The translations under genes and the position numbers were made by a program. From Armatimonadota bacterium (lineage in GTDB: Bacteria; Armatimonadota; DTGP01; JAKQQT01), in contig DASXUL010000039.1 of the NCBI GenBank assembly GCA_036504855.1, positions 15,582 to 79,581 of the forward strand: DNA of 64,000 nucleotides, read 5' to 3'. The notes under the pieces were generated by a model. The model saw only the letters and a list, made by a program, of their open reading frames with translations, searched no databases and was not told where the DNA came from. Positions 43,534 through 55,576 of the stretch are shown piece by piece. The number at the start of each line of letters is the position of its first letter. The stretch's first letter is position 1.

Positions 43534-44616
43534 CTAGCCGCGCTCTACACGGCCCACGATGCCGCCCCCCAGCACGGAATCCCCCTCATAGAAGACCGCG
43601 CTCTGTCCTGGCGTGATGGCGCGCTGCGGCTGATCGAACTCCCCGAGCACGCCGCATTCGTCCTCAACAACGCGGCATGGCCTGTCCGCCATGTTGTAGC
43701 GGATCTTCGCGGTAACGCCGCCGACCGCATCGGGCGGACCCGATCGGGAAACCCAGTTCATCCCTTCAACGCGAAACCGCCGCGCATACAGAGAAGCGCC
43801 GAGCCCGATGACCACCTGGTTGCTCTCTGGCCGCACGTCCACCACGAAATGAGCCTCCGGCCCATGCGCGCCGATGCCTCGGCGCTGCCCGCGCGTGAAC
43901 TGGGCGATGCCTTCGTGCGATCCCACCACCGTGCCCGCCTCGTCAACCACCTCGCCCACCGCCTGCGTTTCCGGCGCGTGCTGGCGCAGGAAGGCGCGGT
44001 AGTCGTTGCCGGGGATGAAGCAGATCTCCTGGCTATCCGGCTTGGCCGCGGTGGGCAGGCCCAGTTCGCGCGCGAGCCGGCGCGTGTCTTCCTTGCTAGG
44101 CAGGTCTCCCAGCGGAAACAGGGTGTGCGCCAACTGGTCCTGGGTCAGATTGTACAACGCGTACGTCTGATCCTTCTTGCTGGCAGCGGCGCGCAGGAGG
44201 CGGTACCGGCCCGATCCGCCATCGCGGTCCACGCGAGCGTAATGTCCGGTTGCCACGAAATCGGCTCCCCATTGTTTTGCCCGATTCAGCAACGCCTCAA
44301 ACTTTACGAACTGGTTGCAGCGCACGCATGGGTTCGGGGTGCGGCCGGCGGCGTACTCGCGGATGAAGTCGTTGATGACGCGATCCTGAAAGAGGTCACG
44401 GAAATTGGTGACGTGGTAGCGGATGCCGAGACGCTGGGCGACGCGGCGCGCGTCGTCCACGGCGGTCAGCCCGCAGCACCCCTGTTCGCCGCCTTCCACG
44501 CCTTCCGGCCAGAGCTGCATGGTGACGCCGATCACCTCGTGACCCTGCTCCACCAGCATCGCCGCCGCCACCGAACTATCCACCCCGCCGCTCATTGCGC
44601 AAACTACCCGCGCCAT
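43534..44616 (-). CDS. mnmA: tRNA-specific 2-thiouridylase MnmA
   Basis: The PP-loop SGGVDSS, the catalytic Cys motifs (NPCVRCN, EICFIPG), and full-length collinearity with MnmA/TrmU. Confidence 0.9.
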   Translation of the reverse strand: MARVVCAMSGGVDSSVAAAMLVEQGHEVIGVTMQLWPEGVEGGEQGCCGLTAVDDARRVAQRLGIRYHVTNFRDLFQDRVINDFIREYAAGRTPNPCVRCNQFVKFEALLNRAKQWGADFVATGHYARVDRDGGSGRYRLLRAAASKKDQTYALYNLTQDQLAHTLFPLGDLPSKEDTRRLARELGLPTAAKPDSQEICFIPGNDYRAFLRQHAPETQAVGEVVDEAGTVVGSHEGIAQFTRGQRRGIGAHGPEAHFVVDVRPESNQVVIGLGASLYARRFRVEGMNWVSRSGPPDAVGGVTAKIRYNMADRPCRVVEDECGVLGEFDQPQRAITPGQSAVFYEGDSVLGGGIVGRVERG

Positions 44617-44649
44617 ATGTGACTTCCTTGCTCAGTTAGGTCGACCGCT

Positions 44650-44934
44650 TCATATCTCCGTGGCCAAGTCCCGCCATGTTGGGTTCGAGGACTCGATCAG
44701 TGCGATCTTCTTGTCCCGGGACCACGCCTTGATCTGTTTCTCCCGCTCGATGGCGGCGGAGATGCTGTCGTACTCCTCATGGTACGCCAGTCGCGTGACA
44801 TTGTACCTGGCGGTGAAGCCGGGTGTGGCCTTTGCCTTGTGTTCGCAGACGCGCCGCTGGAGGTCATTCGTCACGCCGACATACAGGGTTCGCGACACGC
44901 TCGCCATGATGTAGACCGAAAACGGCCCCTTCAT
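44650..44934 (-). CDS. GIY-YIG nuclease superfamily small protein (UPF0213-like)
   Basis: It contains FSVYIMASVSRTLYVGVTNDLQRRVCEHK, which has the GIY...YIG-type motif and the conserved Arg and Glu. The protein is 94 aa. Confidence 0.8.
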   Translation of the reverse strand: MKGPFSVYIMASVSRTLYVGVTNDLQRRVCEHKAKATPGFTARYNVTRLAYHEEYDSISAAIEREKQIKAWSRDKKIALIESSNPTWRDLATEI

Positions 44935-44972
44935 GAACCACCCTCCACCACCAAGAACCTAACCTCTCGCCC

Positions 44973-45125
44973 CACGTCACGTCGAGCGCAGCGAGAGGTC
45001 TCGGCCTGACGGTTCTACGAGAGATGCGTCACAAGCACCCGGGCAAAGGTCTGCATGGGTGCTCCTTACCACGCATCAAGCAAACGGCCAGGCCGAGACC
45101 TCTCGCTGCGCTCGAGGTGACGTGG
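44973..45125. mobile_element. MITE-like 153-bp palindromic element (copy 2), 39 bp upstream of the GIY-YIG gene start
   Basis: Terminal repeats cacgtcacgtcgagcgcagcgagaggtctcggcctg / caggccgagacctctcgctgcgctcgaggtgacgtgg. The central stem is agcacccgggc...atgggtgct. It is the same length as copy 1 and has the same terminal repeats. Confidence 0.65.
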
Positions 45126-45155
45126 GAGGCCACGCTTCCACCATTTCAGCAGCCT

Positions 45156-45683
45156 CTACGCCGCCTCGTCTCGGCGATCGACCTCCGCATCATACGTTCC
45201 AAGCCACGATCGGGAGCGCCACAGGATGCCGGAGCACCCGGTCTGCGGCTGTCCCAGCGGGGCCGGTTCCGTGAACGCGCCGTCTATGGGCACGCCGTTC
45301 CGCCAGTCGGAGACCACTCGGATCCGCTCCTCCACGATGTCGCGTACCAGTTTGATCGCTTCGGCGATTACGAAGTCTGAAACGGGTTCCTCGCAGCCGT
45401 CCGGGCGCCACCACTCGTCGATGTGATTGTGCGTTCCGCCGAACTCCACGGTGATCTCGACGTTCTCGTCGTCGCCCAGGGTGGAAAGCACGAGGCCCTC
45501 TTCGTCATCGGAGTGGCCTGGACGGGGGATCTTCATCAGCAGCGTACCGGCCTCCGCGGGGTTCACCCGCGGGTAGATGGAGCCGATTGTCGCGTAGCGC
45601 GCCCAGTCCGGGAAATCGCCCAGCAGTGTTTCCAGAAAGCGCTGCGCGAATGGGTTGAGTCCGTTCAAGGTGTCGTCGGTCAT
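45156..45683 (-). CDS. Hypothetical cytoplasmic protein (about 175 aa), translationally coupled to rarA
   Basis: An ORF starting at the internal Met MTDDTLNGLNPF. The stop of rarA overlaps this gene's longest-form start (ATGA at 45737-45740). There are no recognisable motifs. Confidence 0.45.
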   Translation of the reverse strand: MTDDTLNGLNPFAQRFLETLLGDFPDWARYATIGSIYPRVNPAEAGTLLMKIPRPGHSDDEEGLVLSTLGDDENVEITVEFGGTHNHIDEWWRPDGCEEPVSDFVIAEAIKLVRDIVEERIRVVSDWRNGVPIDGAFTEPAPLGQPQTGCSGILWRSRSWLGTYDAEVDRRDEAA

Positions 45684-45736
45684 GTCGATGGTCCTCTGCC
45701 TGTGATCTGTTGATACGTTTCGCAATCGCCGCGCAT

Positions 45737-47101
45737 TCAAGCCGGTGGGCCATCGGAATCTGTGGCGCCGCCCCTCTGCTCCAGTTCCGCCCTGATCTCG
45801 TCCATACGCTTCTTCACGCGGGCTTCGAAGCCGCGATCGCCTGGGGTATAGTACGGTTCCCCTGTGGGCAGACCCGGCGGGAGGTAGCGCTGTTCCACGA
45901 TTCCCCCCTCGAAGCTGTGCGGATACTGATATCCGGCGCCGTGGCCCAGCGCCTTCGCCCCCTTGTACGACGCGTCACGCAGGTGGGAGGGCACGGGCTG
46001 GACGCGCTCCGACTTGAGGTCCTCCAGCACCTTCGCGATGGTGGTGACCACGCTGTTGCTCTTCGGAGCGCAAGCGATATAGAGCGCGGCCTCCATCATT
46101 GGGATGCGGGCCTCGGGCAGCCCCACCATCTCCAGCGCATGCGCGGCGGAGGCGGCAACAACCAGCGCCTGAGGATCGGCCATCCCCACGTCTTCAGCCG
46201 CGTGGATCAGAATCCGGCGCATGAGGAACCGCGGGTCCTCGCCCGATTCGAGCATGCGCAGGAACCAATAGGCGGTGGCGTCCGGATCCGAGCCCCGCAT
46301 GCTCTTGATGAACGCGGAGATGGCGTCGTAATGGGCGTCGCCGCTCTTGTCTGAGGGCAGCATCCGGCGCTGGAGCGCCTCTTCCATGTCCGAGAGCGTC
46401 ACCGTTCGCCGTCCGTCCGAGCCAGGCTCCACGGCGTCGGCCACAGCCTCGAGGGCTGAGAGGGCGATCCGGGCATCCCCGTTGGCAAGGTTCACCATGT
46501 GTTCCATCGCGGCCGGTTCCATCACGATGCGCATCTCGCCGAGGCCGCGCTCCTCGTCCGCAATGGCGCGTTCCACTAGCGAACGGATGGCGTCGTCGTC
46601 GAGCGAGTTGAACCGCACGAGGCGGGCTCGCGACAGCAGGGGCGGGTTCACCTCGAAGAACGGGTTCTCGGTGGTGGCGCCGATCAGGGTGATCGTGCCA
46701 TCCTCCACGTGCGGCAGCAGGGCATCCTGCTGCGCCTTGTTGAAGCGGTGGATCTCGTCCACGAAGACGATGGTTTTCACGCCGCGGAAGCGGCGTTCCT
46801 TGGCGCGCGCGATGATGAGGCGCAAGTCGGGCACCCCGCCCGTGACCGCGGAGAACGGCTCGAAGGCGTTGCGCGTGACGTTGGCCACAACGGCGGCGAG
46901 AGTGCTCTTGCCCGTGCCGGGCGGGCCCCAGAGGATGAGGCTGTGCAGGCGGTCCGACTCGATGGCGCGGCGCAGCCAACGGCCGGGCCCCAGCACGTCT
47001 TCCTGTCCCACGAACTCGTCCAGCGAGCGGGGGCGGAGGCGCGCGGCCAGAGGCGCGTCAGTTTCACGGGCGAACAGAGATCGGTCCGATTGGGTTTCCA
47101 T
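45737..47101 (-). CDS. rarA: Replication-associated recombination protein A (AAA+ ATPase RarA/MgsA)
   Basis: Walker A GPPGTGKST, Walker B VFVDEIHRFNK, the sensor/arginine finger, and the MgsA C-terminal helical domain. Confidence 0.9.
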   Translation of the reverse strand: METQSDRSLFARETDAPLAARLRPRSLDEFVGQEDVLGPGRWLRRAIESDRLHSLILWGPPGTGKSTLAAVVANVTRNAFEPFSAVTGGVPDLRLIIARAKERRFRGVKTIVFVDEIHRFNKAQQDALLPHVEDGTITLIGATTENPFFEVNPPLLSRARLVRFNSLDDDAIRSLVERAIADEERGLGEMRIVMEPAAMEHMVNLANGDARIALSALEAVADAVEPGSDGRRTVTLSDMEEALQRRMLPSDKSGDAHYDAISAFIKSMRGSDPDATAYWFLRMLESGEDPRFLMRRILIHAAEDVGMADPQALVVAASAAHALEMVGLPEARIPMMEAALYIACAPKSNSVVTTIAKVLEDLKSERVQPVPSHLRDASYKGAKALGHGAGYQYPHSFEGGIVEQRYLPPGLPTGEPYYTPGDRGFEARVKKRMDEIRAELEQRGGATDSDGPPA

Positions 47102-47200
47102 GGGTGGCGGGACGGCGCTCCGCCGAGGAGCGCAGACACTCCATGATAGCCCACCGACCCCAATCGCGTGGGGCGGCTCATCGTCGCGGGCCCGAAGCGG

Positions 47201-49024
<1,824 letters not shown>

Positions 49025-49130
49025 GGGAGCCCCCTGTGGGCCGAGGCGGCCCGCCCCATTCTATGACCCCCATCCGTGACAGGGCAAAGCGGCTGAAGCG
49101 CCTAGCCGGCGCGCGGAGCGCCCGTTCGAC

Positions 49131-50453
49131 TCAGCGCGAGGAGATGCCGCGCACTTTCGGGAAGGCGACGGAAACGATGGCGGTGAGGATTCCGCAGATC
49201 GCCGCGCCCGTGAAGAGGGCGTAGGGGGCGCCCACGCGCTGCGCCAGGAGGCCCATCAAGAGGGAGCCGATGGGCGACAGACCGAACGCGGCCATCACGA
49301 ACACGCCCATCAGGCGGCCCCGCATGTGGTCCGGCACCAGCAACTGCATGGCGGTGTTCGCCGTTGTCATGAAACCCACCATCGCCGCGCCGGAACCCAC
49401 CAGCGCAACCAGGCTCAGGGTCAGCATCGAGCTCAACGAGAAGATCATCAGGCTGATGGAGAGAACGGCCATGGAAACCAGCATGCGCAGGCCCATCCCG
49501 TTGCCCTCCTGCTCCATCGCCTGCGTGTAGGCCGCCATCAGGGCGCCGACGCCGATGGCCGTGAGCAGAAGGCTCTGCATGCGCGAGTCACCGTGCAACA
49601 CGTCCACCGCGAAGGCCGGCAGCATCGTGAAGTACGGGATGGCGAACACTGTCACGGCCGCGGCCATGCCCACAATGGCCAGCAGGTCGGGCTCCTTGGC
49701 CAGGAACTTCATCCCGGAAGTGAAGTTCCGCCACACGGTTACGCTTCGCGCGCGGGCGGAGGGCGGCCGGATACGAACCATCAGGAGCGCGGCGATAACG
49801 GCCAGGAATGAAAGCGAGTTCAGCCCGAAACACCAGGCCGGCCCCAGCCATGCGTATACAAACCCGCCCGTGAGGCCCCCAACGATTCTGCTGAGGTTGA
49901 ACTGCATCGAGTTGAGCGCCACCGCGTTCATAAGGTCTTCAGGCCCCACAAACTCCACGGTGAGGCTCTGGTAGGCCGGCCCGTTGAAGGCCGCCGCCAC
50001 GCCGCTGATGGCCGCCAGCGTCAATAGGTGCCAGGGCTTCAACCCGTGCACGCCCAGCGTGATGACGAGCAATGCAAGCGTGCCCGTGGTGCACAGGAAC
50101 ACGATCTGTGAGGCGATCAGGATCGTCTTGCGATGCAGGCGATCCGCCGCCACGCCCGCCAGCGGGCCGAGGATGAGCACGGGGATGGTGTTGAAGAAGG
50201 CCATCGTACCCAGCAGCGCCTTGCTGTGGGTGATGTAGTAGATGAGGTATCCCTCGGCAACGCCCTGGAGCCAGGAGCCGATGTTCGAGAGAAACGCCCC
50301 GGTGAGGAAGAGGCGGTAGTCCCTGTGGCGCAGGGCCCGCACCACCACCCACGGGCCGGCCGCATCCGCCTCTTCCTTCACGGTGGGCGGAACGCCGGCT
50401 CCAACCTCCGCCGACGGTTCCACCTCTTTCGCCGTATTGCCCTCTTCTATCAT
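49131..50453 (-). CDS. MFS transporter (EntS/YbdA-like exporter family)
   Basis: A polytopic membrane protein of 440 aa. The N-terminal pattern HRDYRLFLTGAFLSNIGSWLQ resembles the other MFS protein in this window (5657..6868). Confidence 0.85.
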   Translation of the reverse strand: MIEEGNTAKEVEPSAEVGAGVPPTVKEEADAAGPWVVVRALRHRDYRLFLTGAFLSNIGSWLQGVAEGYLIYYITHSKALLGTMAFFNTIPVLILGPLAGVAADRLHRKTILIASQIVFLCTTGTLALLVITLGVHGLKPWHLLTLAAISGVAAAFNGPAYQSLTVEFVGPEDLMNAVALNSMQFNLSRIVGGLTGGFVYAWLGPAWCFGLNSLSFLAVIAALLMVRIRPPSARARSVTVWRNFTSGMKFLAKEPDLLAIVGMAAAVTVFAIPYFTMLPAFAVDVLHGDSRMQSLLLTAIGVGALMAAYTQAMEQEGNGMGLRMLVSMAVLSISLMIFSLSSMLTLSLVALVGSGAAMVGFMTTANTAMQLLVPDHMRGRLMGVFVMAAFGLSPIGSLLMGLLAQRVGAPYALFTGAAICGILTAIVSVAFPKVRGISSR

Positions 50454-50503
50454 TCGAGTCTGTTATGCCCTTCCCGATGCTTGGCGAAACTCGCCGCGAT
50501 GAC

Positions 50504-53002
50504 CTATCGCCCGCCGGCGGCTTGTCCCGGCGGAGGCGGAGCCAACACTTGCACGCGCGCCTCCCGGCCCGCTATCACCTTCAACACGCAGGATGTTGCG
50601 GAGGTTTTCACAGTTACCGTCTGGTTGGCGGATGAGCTGATCAACACCGCGCCGGTTTCGCCTGTCCACTGCGTGACGGTGACCGCCATCGGCTGGCGGC
50701 AGGTGACCCAGATCGGGTAGGGGCCCAGCCGTCCGCCCGGAGAGCCGAGATCGAAGGCCGCCGGCAGGGTGACCTGTTCCGCGCGGATGCCGGCCCGGTA
50801 GGCGTCGCGGGGCTGCCCCGCCTCCAGAAGCGTTCGCGCCTGGCGCAATGCCGCACGCTCCTCTGGATCGCGCCTGCCCGCTTGCTTCTGGGCGATGGAT
50901 TGCAGCAGGTCTTCGGCATCCTGCCAATCGCCAATAGCCACGCTGCGGGCGCGCTCCGCGGCGATGTCCGCCTGGAGGCGCGCCGCAAGGCTGCCATCCT
51001 CGGCCAGCGCAACCTCTACCGGACAGTCGAGAGCCTCCAGACTCACCGTGCACGGTTGCCCTGGCTCCACCGGGAAAAGCGCGGGGAAGCGGAATACCCC
51101 GGAGCCGGCTGGTTGCGTTATGCTGGCGGAGTCTCCGTGGCCGTTCGTCAGCGTGAAGCGAACTCTCCCTCTGGCCCGACCGGCGGCGTAGACGCGCGCG
51201 ACGTTCCATCCAAAAGCGCGCGGTCCGGGCCGAACGGTCCGAGAGAGGGGCGCCCCGGGCCGCAGCGTTTCGGTTGCCCGCGCCGGCGGAAACCCGATGC
51301 CGTCCGGCGCGTCGATCGCCTGAGCGAAAGACTTCAAGATGTCATCAATGGCCGCGTGCCACTTCCAGTTGTAGAGCGTCACATACCGCTCCCCCATCGC
51401 GTAAGCGGCTTCGAGGCTGCCCACGAGGCCCTCGGAACCGACTCCGGTGCACTCAACATTCGGCGCGGCCGTGCGGCCGCGCTCACGCTGCTTCATCAGC
51501 CATGGCAACATAGCGGCGCCGCTCCACCACTCGCCGCCCGCGCGCCCCTCGTGGACGAAACCGGCTTCCATCTGCGGGTGGAAGGCCGAGATCTCCTTCA
51601 TAGGGAAGTAGGTCATCGCATAAGGTTCGGTGAACAAGTTGCGCCGCACGAGGTCCTCAGCGTAGAGCGCCCCGCCCCGGCGGATGCGCGTTGGTTCCGG
51701 CGGGTTGGCCAGGAGCATGGCGTCGATGAGGCGCTGCTGCTGGCGGGCGAGGTTCTGGTGCAGCCACCAGCGTTCCTTCGCGTCCAGGCCGTCGCGGGGG
51801 TTCAGGGTCACTCCGTCGCGGCGGGCGGCCGCCACTGTGGATGGGTTGAAGTCGCCCATCATGTTTTCCCGGGGGATGCCGCCGTTCGCCTTCGTGTATG
51901 GATCGTCCGGCATTCCCTTCGCCCAGTAGATGGTCTCCTCGCCCGTGCCGAGTTCAATCGGCGCCAGGTCCTGGCGCCCCGCGCGGCCCAATCGATCTCG
52001 TTCTGCGCGCCACACCCGCAGCGTTTGAACGAGGCGCGCATCGCGCAAGCTGTTCAAGCGGGGGTTGTTGAACGTAAGCCACGGCGTGTTGCCGAAGGCG
52101 TTCGGCACAGAGAGGCCATAGCGCACGTCATATTCAGCCCCCAGAAATCCCTTCAACCCTGGATCGTGGACGTGATCGGCCTCATCCCAGACGATCTGCT
52201 GATAGGGCAGGTCGCCAAGATGGCCGCCGAGGCCATCCGGCATGCGGGCCGGAACTCCGCCCCACTGAACCTGGCACGCAATGCGCAGCGGGATGCCCAG
52301 CCGTTCCGCCTGGCGCGTCAGGCGGCGCATATCGCGGGCGTTCTCCGCCAGAGTGCGGTTGCAGAAGTTGAAGAGCACGGCCGTCTGGGGGATCAGGTGG
52401 GAGCTTTTCGGCACGCGGGCGATCAAATCGCGCATCTCGGCGTCGTCGATGCTGTAGCCGTACGACTGCCGGGTCAGCAGGGCAAGCCCCATGCGGGGAC
52501 TCGCGCTCCTCCACGCGCCGCTTTGCCCTGCGTATACGCGGATGCGGGATACGATCAGCGGCGCCGCAGAATGTGGGTCGCAGATGATGGCGATCTGCGA
52601 GGCGTGGGGGACATCGAGGAAGATGGACCGCGTCACGCCGCCGCCTCTGTCTGCCTCATGGGCCCGGTAGGTCTCGTGGCCGTCGACGAGGACGCGGTAT
52701 GTTTGCGCTTTGCCGTAATCTCCGGGGTCCGTGGCCAACGTGACCTGAATGGACGACGGCGCGCCGGATCCGCCGATGTGCGCCTGCAATCGCCCGCCGG
52801 GGCGCAACCGCGCGCCCGCCACGGGCAGCCTCAGCGCGCCAACCGTGGCGGCGCCATGGATGACGGCTCCGCCGCTGACGTGCACCCCGTGCGACAGACG
52901 AGACGTCGCAGAAGCCAGATCGATGGCATCCAGCGCTTTCGGCGGCGCCGCGAGAGCCGAACTGGCCGCCGCCAGGTACATGAGCGTCAGCGATATCCGC
53001 AT
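50504..53002 (-). CDS. Large secreted hypothetical protein (about 830 aa)
   Basis: A start at MRISLTLMYLAAASSALAAP gives a signal peptide. No catalytic motif was recognised. A central region could be a TIM-barrel hydrolase-like fold. It shares a strand with the MFS and ABC exporter genes. Confidence 0.5.
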   Translation of the reverse strand: MRISLTLMYLAAASSALAAPPKALDAIDLASATSRLSHGVHVSGGAVIHGAATVGALRLPVAGARLRPGGRLQAHIGGSGAPSSIQVTLATDPGDYGKAQTYRVLVDGHETYRAHEADRGGGVTRSIFLDVPHASQIAIICDPHSAAPLIVSRIRVYAGQSGAWRSASPRMGLALLTRQSYGYSIDDAEMRDLIARVPKSSHLIPQTAVLFNFCNRTLAENARDMRRLTRQAERLGIPLRIACQVQWGGVPARMPDGLGGHLGDLPYQQIVWDEADHVHDPGLKGFLGAEYDVRYGLSVPNAFGNTPWLTFNNPRLNSLRDARLVQTLRVWRAERDRLGRAGRQDLAPIELGTGEETIYWAKGMPDDPYTKANGGIPRENMMGDFNPSTVAAARRDGVTLNPRDGLDAKERWWLHQNLARQQQRLIDAMLLANPPEPTRIRRGGALYAEDLVRRNLFTEPYAMTYFPMKEISAFHPQMEAGFVHEGRAGGEWWSGAAMLPWLMKQRERGRTAAPNVECTGVGSEGLVGSLEAAYAMGERYVTLYNWKWHAAIDDILKSFAQAIDAPDGIGFPPARATETLRPGAPLSRTVRPGPRAFGWNVARVYAAGRARGRVRFTLTNGHGDSASITQPAGSGVFRFPALFPVEPGQPCTVSLEALDCPVEVALAEDGSLAARLQADIAAERARSVAIGDWQDAEDLLQSIAQKQAGRRDPEERAALRQARTLLEAGQPRDAYRAGIRAEQVTLPAAFDLGSPGGRLGPYPIWVTCRQPMAVTVTQWTGETGAVLISSSANQTVTVKTSATSCVLKVIAGREARVQVLAPPPPGQAAGGR

Positions 53003-53353
53003 GGCGAGAACCCTCCAAGCCATTGTAGGGCATCTCGCCCTGGCGGACGGGCTTAGCCTTCTCCGTCGACGCAGGGTTCCCCCGCGCTTCCGAATCCGGC
53101 CGATAGCGCTTGCAGGCTGGTCAACAGTGCGGTTTCCGGCGCATCATACGTCCAACTCCACCATCAGGTTCGCGCTGGCTCCTGAAGACGAGCAGCCGGC
53201 AGACCGATAGTACTGTAGACACGTAGCCTTGGACCTATTGCCTGTTGCGGGCAAACCCGCGATGGGCATACGCTAGAGGAGTGCCCCTGTTCGGCTTTCC
53301 TGCCGGAGGCGGGGCGGAAGCGCTCCCACGGCGCTTCCCCTAAGGAGGTCCCT

Positions 53354-53686
53354 GTGAACCGCATGCGAACAGCGCTCGTGATCGGGCTTGCTGCCGTTTC
53401 TACCGCCGCTATCGCTCTTCCAGCGATGCTCCCAATCTTCGGCGCCGCATACAAGCAGGTCCCGAAAGGGTCGGCGTTGGCGAAGGCGAACTGCGCAACG
53501 TGCCACACCGCCGCCCCGAAACTCAACCCTTACGGAACCGATATCAAGAAGGCCCTCGGCAAGAGCAAGACGCTGACCCCCGAAGTCTTGAAGGCGGTCG
53601 AATGCCTGGATTCGGATAAGGACGGCGTTAAGAACATCGACGAGATCAACAAGGGCTCCCTGCCCGGCGATCCCAAGAGCAAGTAA
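53354..53686 (+). CDS. Small monoheme cytochrome c with a signal peptide and a C-terminal EF-hand/dockerin-like Ca-binding loop
   Basis: A GTG start has AAGGAGG 5 nt upstream. It contains CATCH and DSDKDGVKNIDEINKG. Confidence 0.6.
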   Translation: MNRMRTALVIGLAAVSTAAIALPAMLPIFGAAYKQVPKGSALAKANCATCHTAAPKLNPYGTDIKKALGKSKTLTPEVLKAVECLDSDKDGVKNIDEINKGSLPGDPKSK

Positions 53687-53815
53687 CGCCATCCCGCGCG
53701 GCTCGTTTACCGGGGCCGGCGCGGAGGATTTGAGCGTGCAGCGAAGCGCGCTGGAGGCCGGCGGCTGGCCTTCGACGCGCTTCACGGCGCGTGGAATCGG
53801 AGTGGAGCGCAATAC

Positions 53816-55576
53816 ATGGCGATCGGCAAGAGCGTGTCTCGTGCGACGGCGGCGGTCTACGGTCTCGTGGCGTGCCTCGGTCTTTGCGGTTTGGTGGCTC
53901 CCAGCGTGTTCGGGCAGCAGTCTGGCGGCGCCCCGGCCCCGGCGCCGGCGGCGAAGGGCGGCATCGACTGTATGTCCTGCCACGTTGCGGCGATGACGGA
54001 CCACACTCCGGCCGTGAACGCGGAGGCGCTGAAATCCTCGCCCCACAAGGATAGCGCCTGCCAGGATTGCCACTTTGCGATCACCGCCGTGCCCCACACG
54101 CCGGCGATGCTGAAGGCGAAGGCCAACTGCGCCACATGCCATACCGATGAGGCAGCCGCGTACGCCACCAGCGTCCACTCGCGCCCGGACAAGGTCGCCG
54201 GCGACCACCCGACCTGCATTACCTGCCACGGGAAGGGCGACCCACACGCCGTCACCTTTGCCCGGAAGTGGGGACGCGCAGACAAGGCCGCCCTCTGCAG
54301 CACTTGCCACGCGGACAAAGCCAAAATGGGGCGATACGGAGTTGATCCAGACGCCGTGTCCTCTTACCACGAGAGCTTCCACGGCAAAGCCCTGCTGCGA
54401 TTCCATATGGGCAAGGCCGCCACCTGCACGGACTGCCATCGCGCACATGACGTGCTGGCCCCGTCGGATCCACATTCCCCCACGAACCGGCTCCACGCCG
54501 CCGCAACGTGCGGGCAGGCCGGATGCCATCCCGGCGCCATGGTGAACTTCGCCATGAGCGGCGCCAACCATCTGCGCCTGAAGGTGAAGGAATCCATCGT
54601 TTTGCGCTTGGAGGAGGCGTTCTTCAAGTGGCTCACGTTGGGCACAATCGTCTTCCTGCTGGCCGGCGTGGCCCTGGACCTGCGGCGAAAGGTGTTAGCG
54701 AAGGGCGCGCAGCCGCGCTCCGGCCGCGCGGTGGGCCTCCTGGTGTCCACGAGCTTCTTCGTGCTTGTCGCGTCACTGGCGATGGCGTATGTAGGCGCCA
54801 GGCATTCCGGCGCTGTGGCGGGGGTGGCCATAGCGATCATGGCGATCGCGTTCATCGTCCACTTCGCCACGCGCAAGCGACTCACCGCCGATCCGAACGA
54901 GCGAACCTACAAGCGCATCTCCACGGAACAGCGGATCCAGCACATCTGCCTGGCCATCTCCTTCACCTTGCTTGTGTTGTCCGGCATGCCGCTCCGGTAC
55001 CCCAACATCCCGCTGTTGCACAGCCTGTACGTGGGCATCGGCGGAATCGGCGTTTGGCGCATCGTGCACCGCGTGGCGGCCTGCGTGATGATCTTCACGT
55101 GGATCTGGCACACCATCTTCCTGCTGAGGATGGGCGCCAAAACGGGGTTCAAGCTCAGCGGGTGGACCATGCTGCCGAACCTGCGAGATGTGAAGGACTT
55201 TGTGGCCGTCAGCAAGTACTACCTGGGCCTGACGAACACGGAGCCGCGGTATGACCGCTTCCAGTTCCGCGAGAAGTTCGATTACTTCGCCGTGTACTGG
55301 GGCATGCCGATCATGGTGTTCTCCGGGCTTGTGCTCTGGTTCCCGATGCAACTTGCGAACCGGCTACCGGAGATCGGGCTGAGCGTGGCATACATCGCCC
55401 ACAGTGACGAAGCGGTGCTGGCCTTCCTCGCCATCGTTACGTGGCATCTCTACAACGTGCACTTCAACCCGGACGCTTTCCCCATGAGCGCCACCTGGCT
55501 GACGGGCGAGAAGACCCGTAGCGAGATGGAACGCGAGCACCCGCTGGAACTGAAGCGCCTCGACGGCGAGGAGTGA
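53816..55576 (+). CDS. Multiheme cytochrome c (six CxxCH plus one CxxxxCH) fused to a membrane cytochrome b (Ni/Fe-hydrogenase/FdnI-type diheme b) domain
   Basis: Heme-binding motifs CMSCH, CQDCH, CATCH, CITCH, CSTCH, CTDCH and CGQAGCH are present. The C-terminal roughly 300 aa have four or more transmembrane helices with conserved His residues (HFATRK, HICLAIS, HRVAAC, HTIFLL) in the cytochrome b pattern. Confidence 0.75.
   Translation: MAIGKSVSRATAAVYGLVACLGLCGLVAPSVFGQQSGGAPAPAPAAKGGIDCMSCHVAAMTDHTPAVNAEALKSSPHKDSACQDCHFAITAVPHTPAMLKAKANCATCHTDEAAAYATSVHSRPDKVAGDHPTCITCHGKGDPHAVTFARKWGRADKAALCSTCHADKAKMGRYGVDPDAVSSYHESFHGKALLRFHMGKAATCTDCHRAHDVLAPSDPHSPTNRLHAAATCGQAGCHPGAMVNFAMSGANHLRLKVKESIVLRLEEAFFKWLTLGTIVFLLAGVALDLRRKVLAKGAQPRSGRAVGLLVSTSFFVLVASLAMAYVGARHSGAVAGVAIAIMAIAFIVHFATRKRLTADPNERTYKRISTEQRIQHICLAISFTLLVLSGMPLRYPNIPLLHSLYVGIGGIGVWRIVHRVAACVMIFTWIWHTIFLLRMGAKTGFKLSGWTMLPNLRDVKDFVAVSKYYLGLTNTEPRYDRFQFREKFDYFAVYWGMPIMVFSGLVLWFPMQLANRLPEIGLSVAYIAHSDEAVLAFLAIVTWHLYNVHFNPDAFPMSATWLTGEKTRSEMEREHPLELKRLDGEE

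Noticed and set aside
50882-53056. A 724-aa plus-strand ORF antisense to the large secreted hypothetical protein
   Set aside because: It has no signal, RBS or motifs, and its composition is Arg/Ala-rich. The minus-strand frame has a proper signal peptide and is co-directional with its neighbours.
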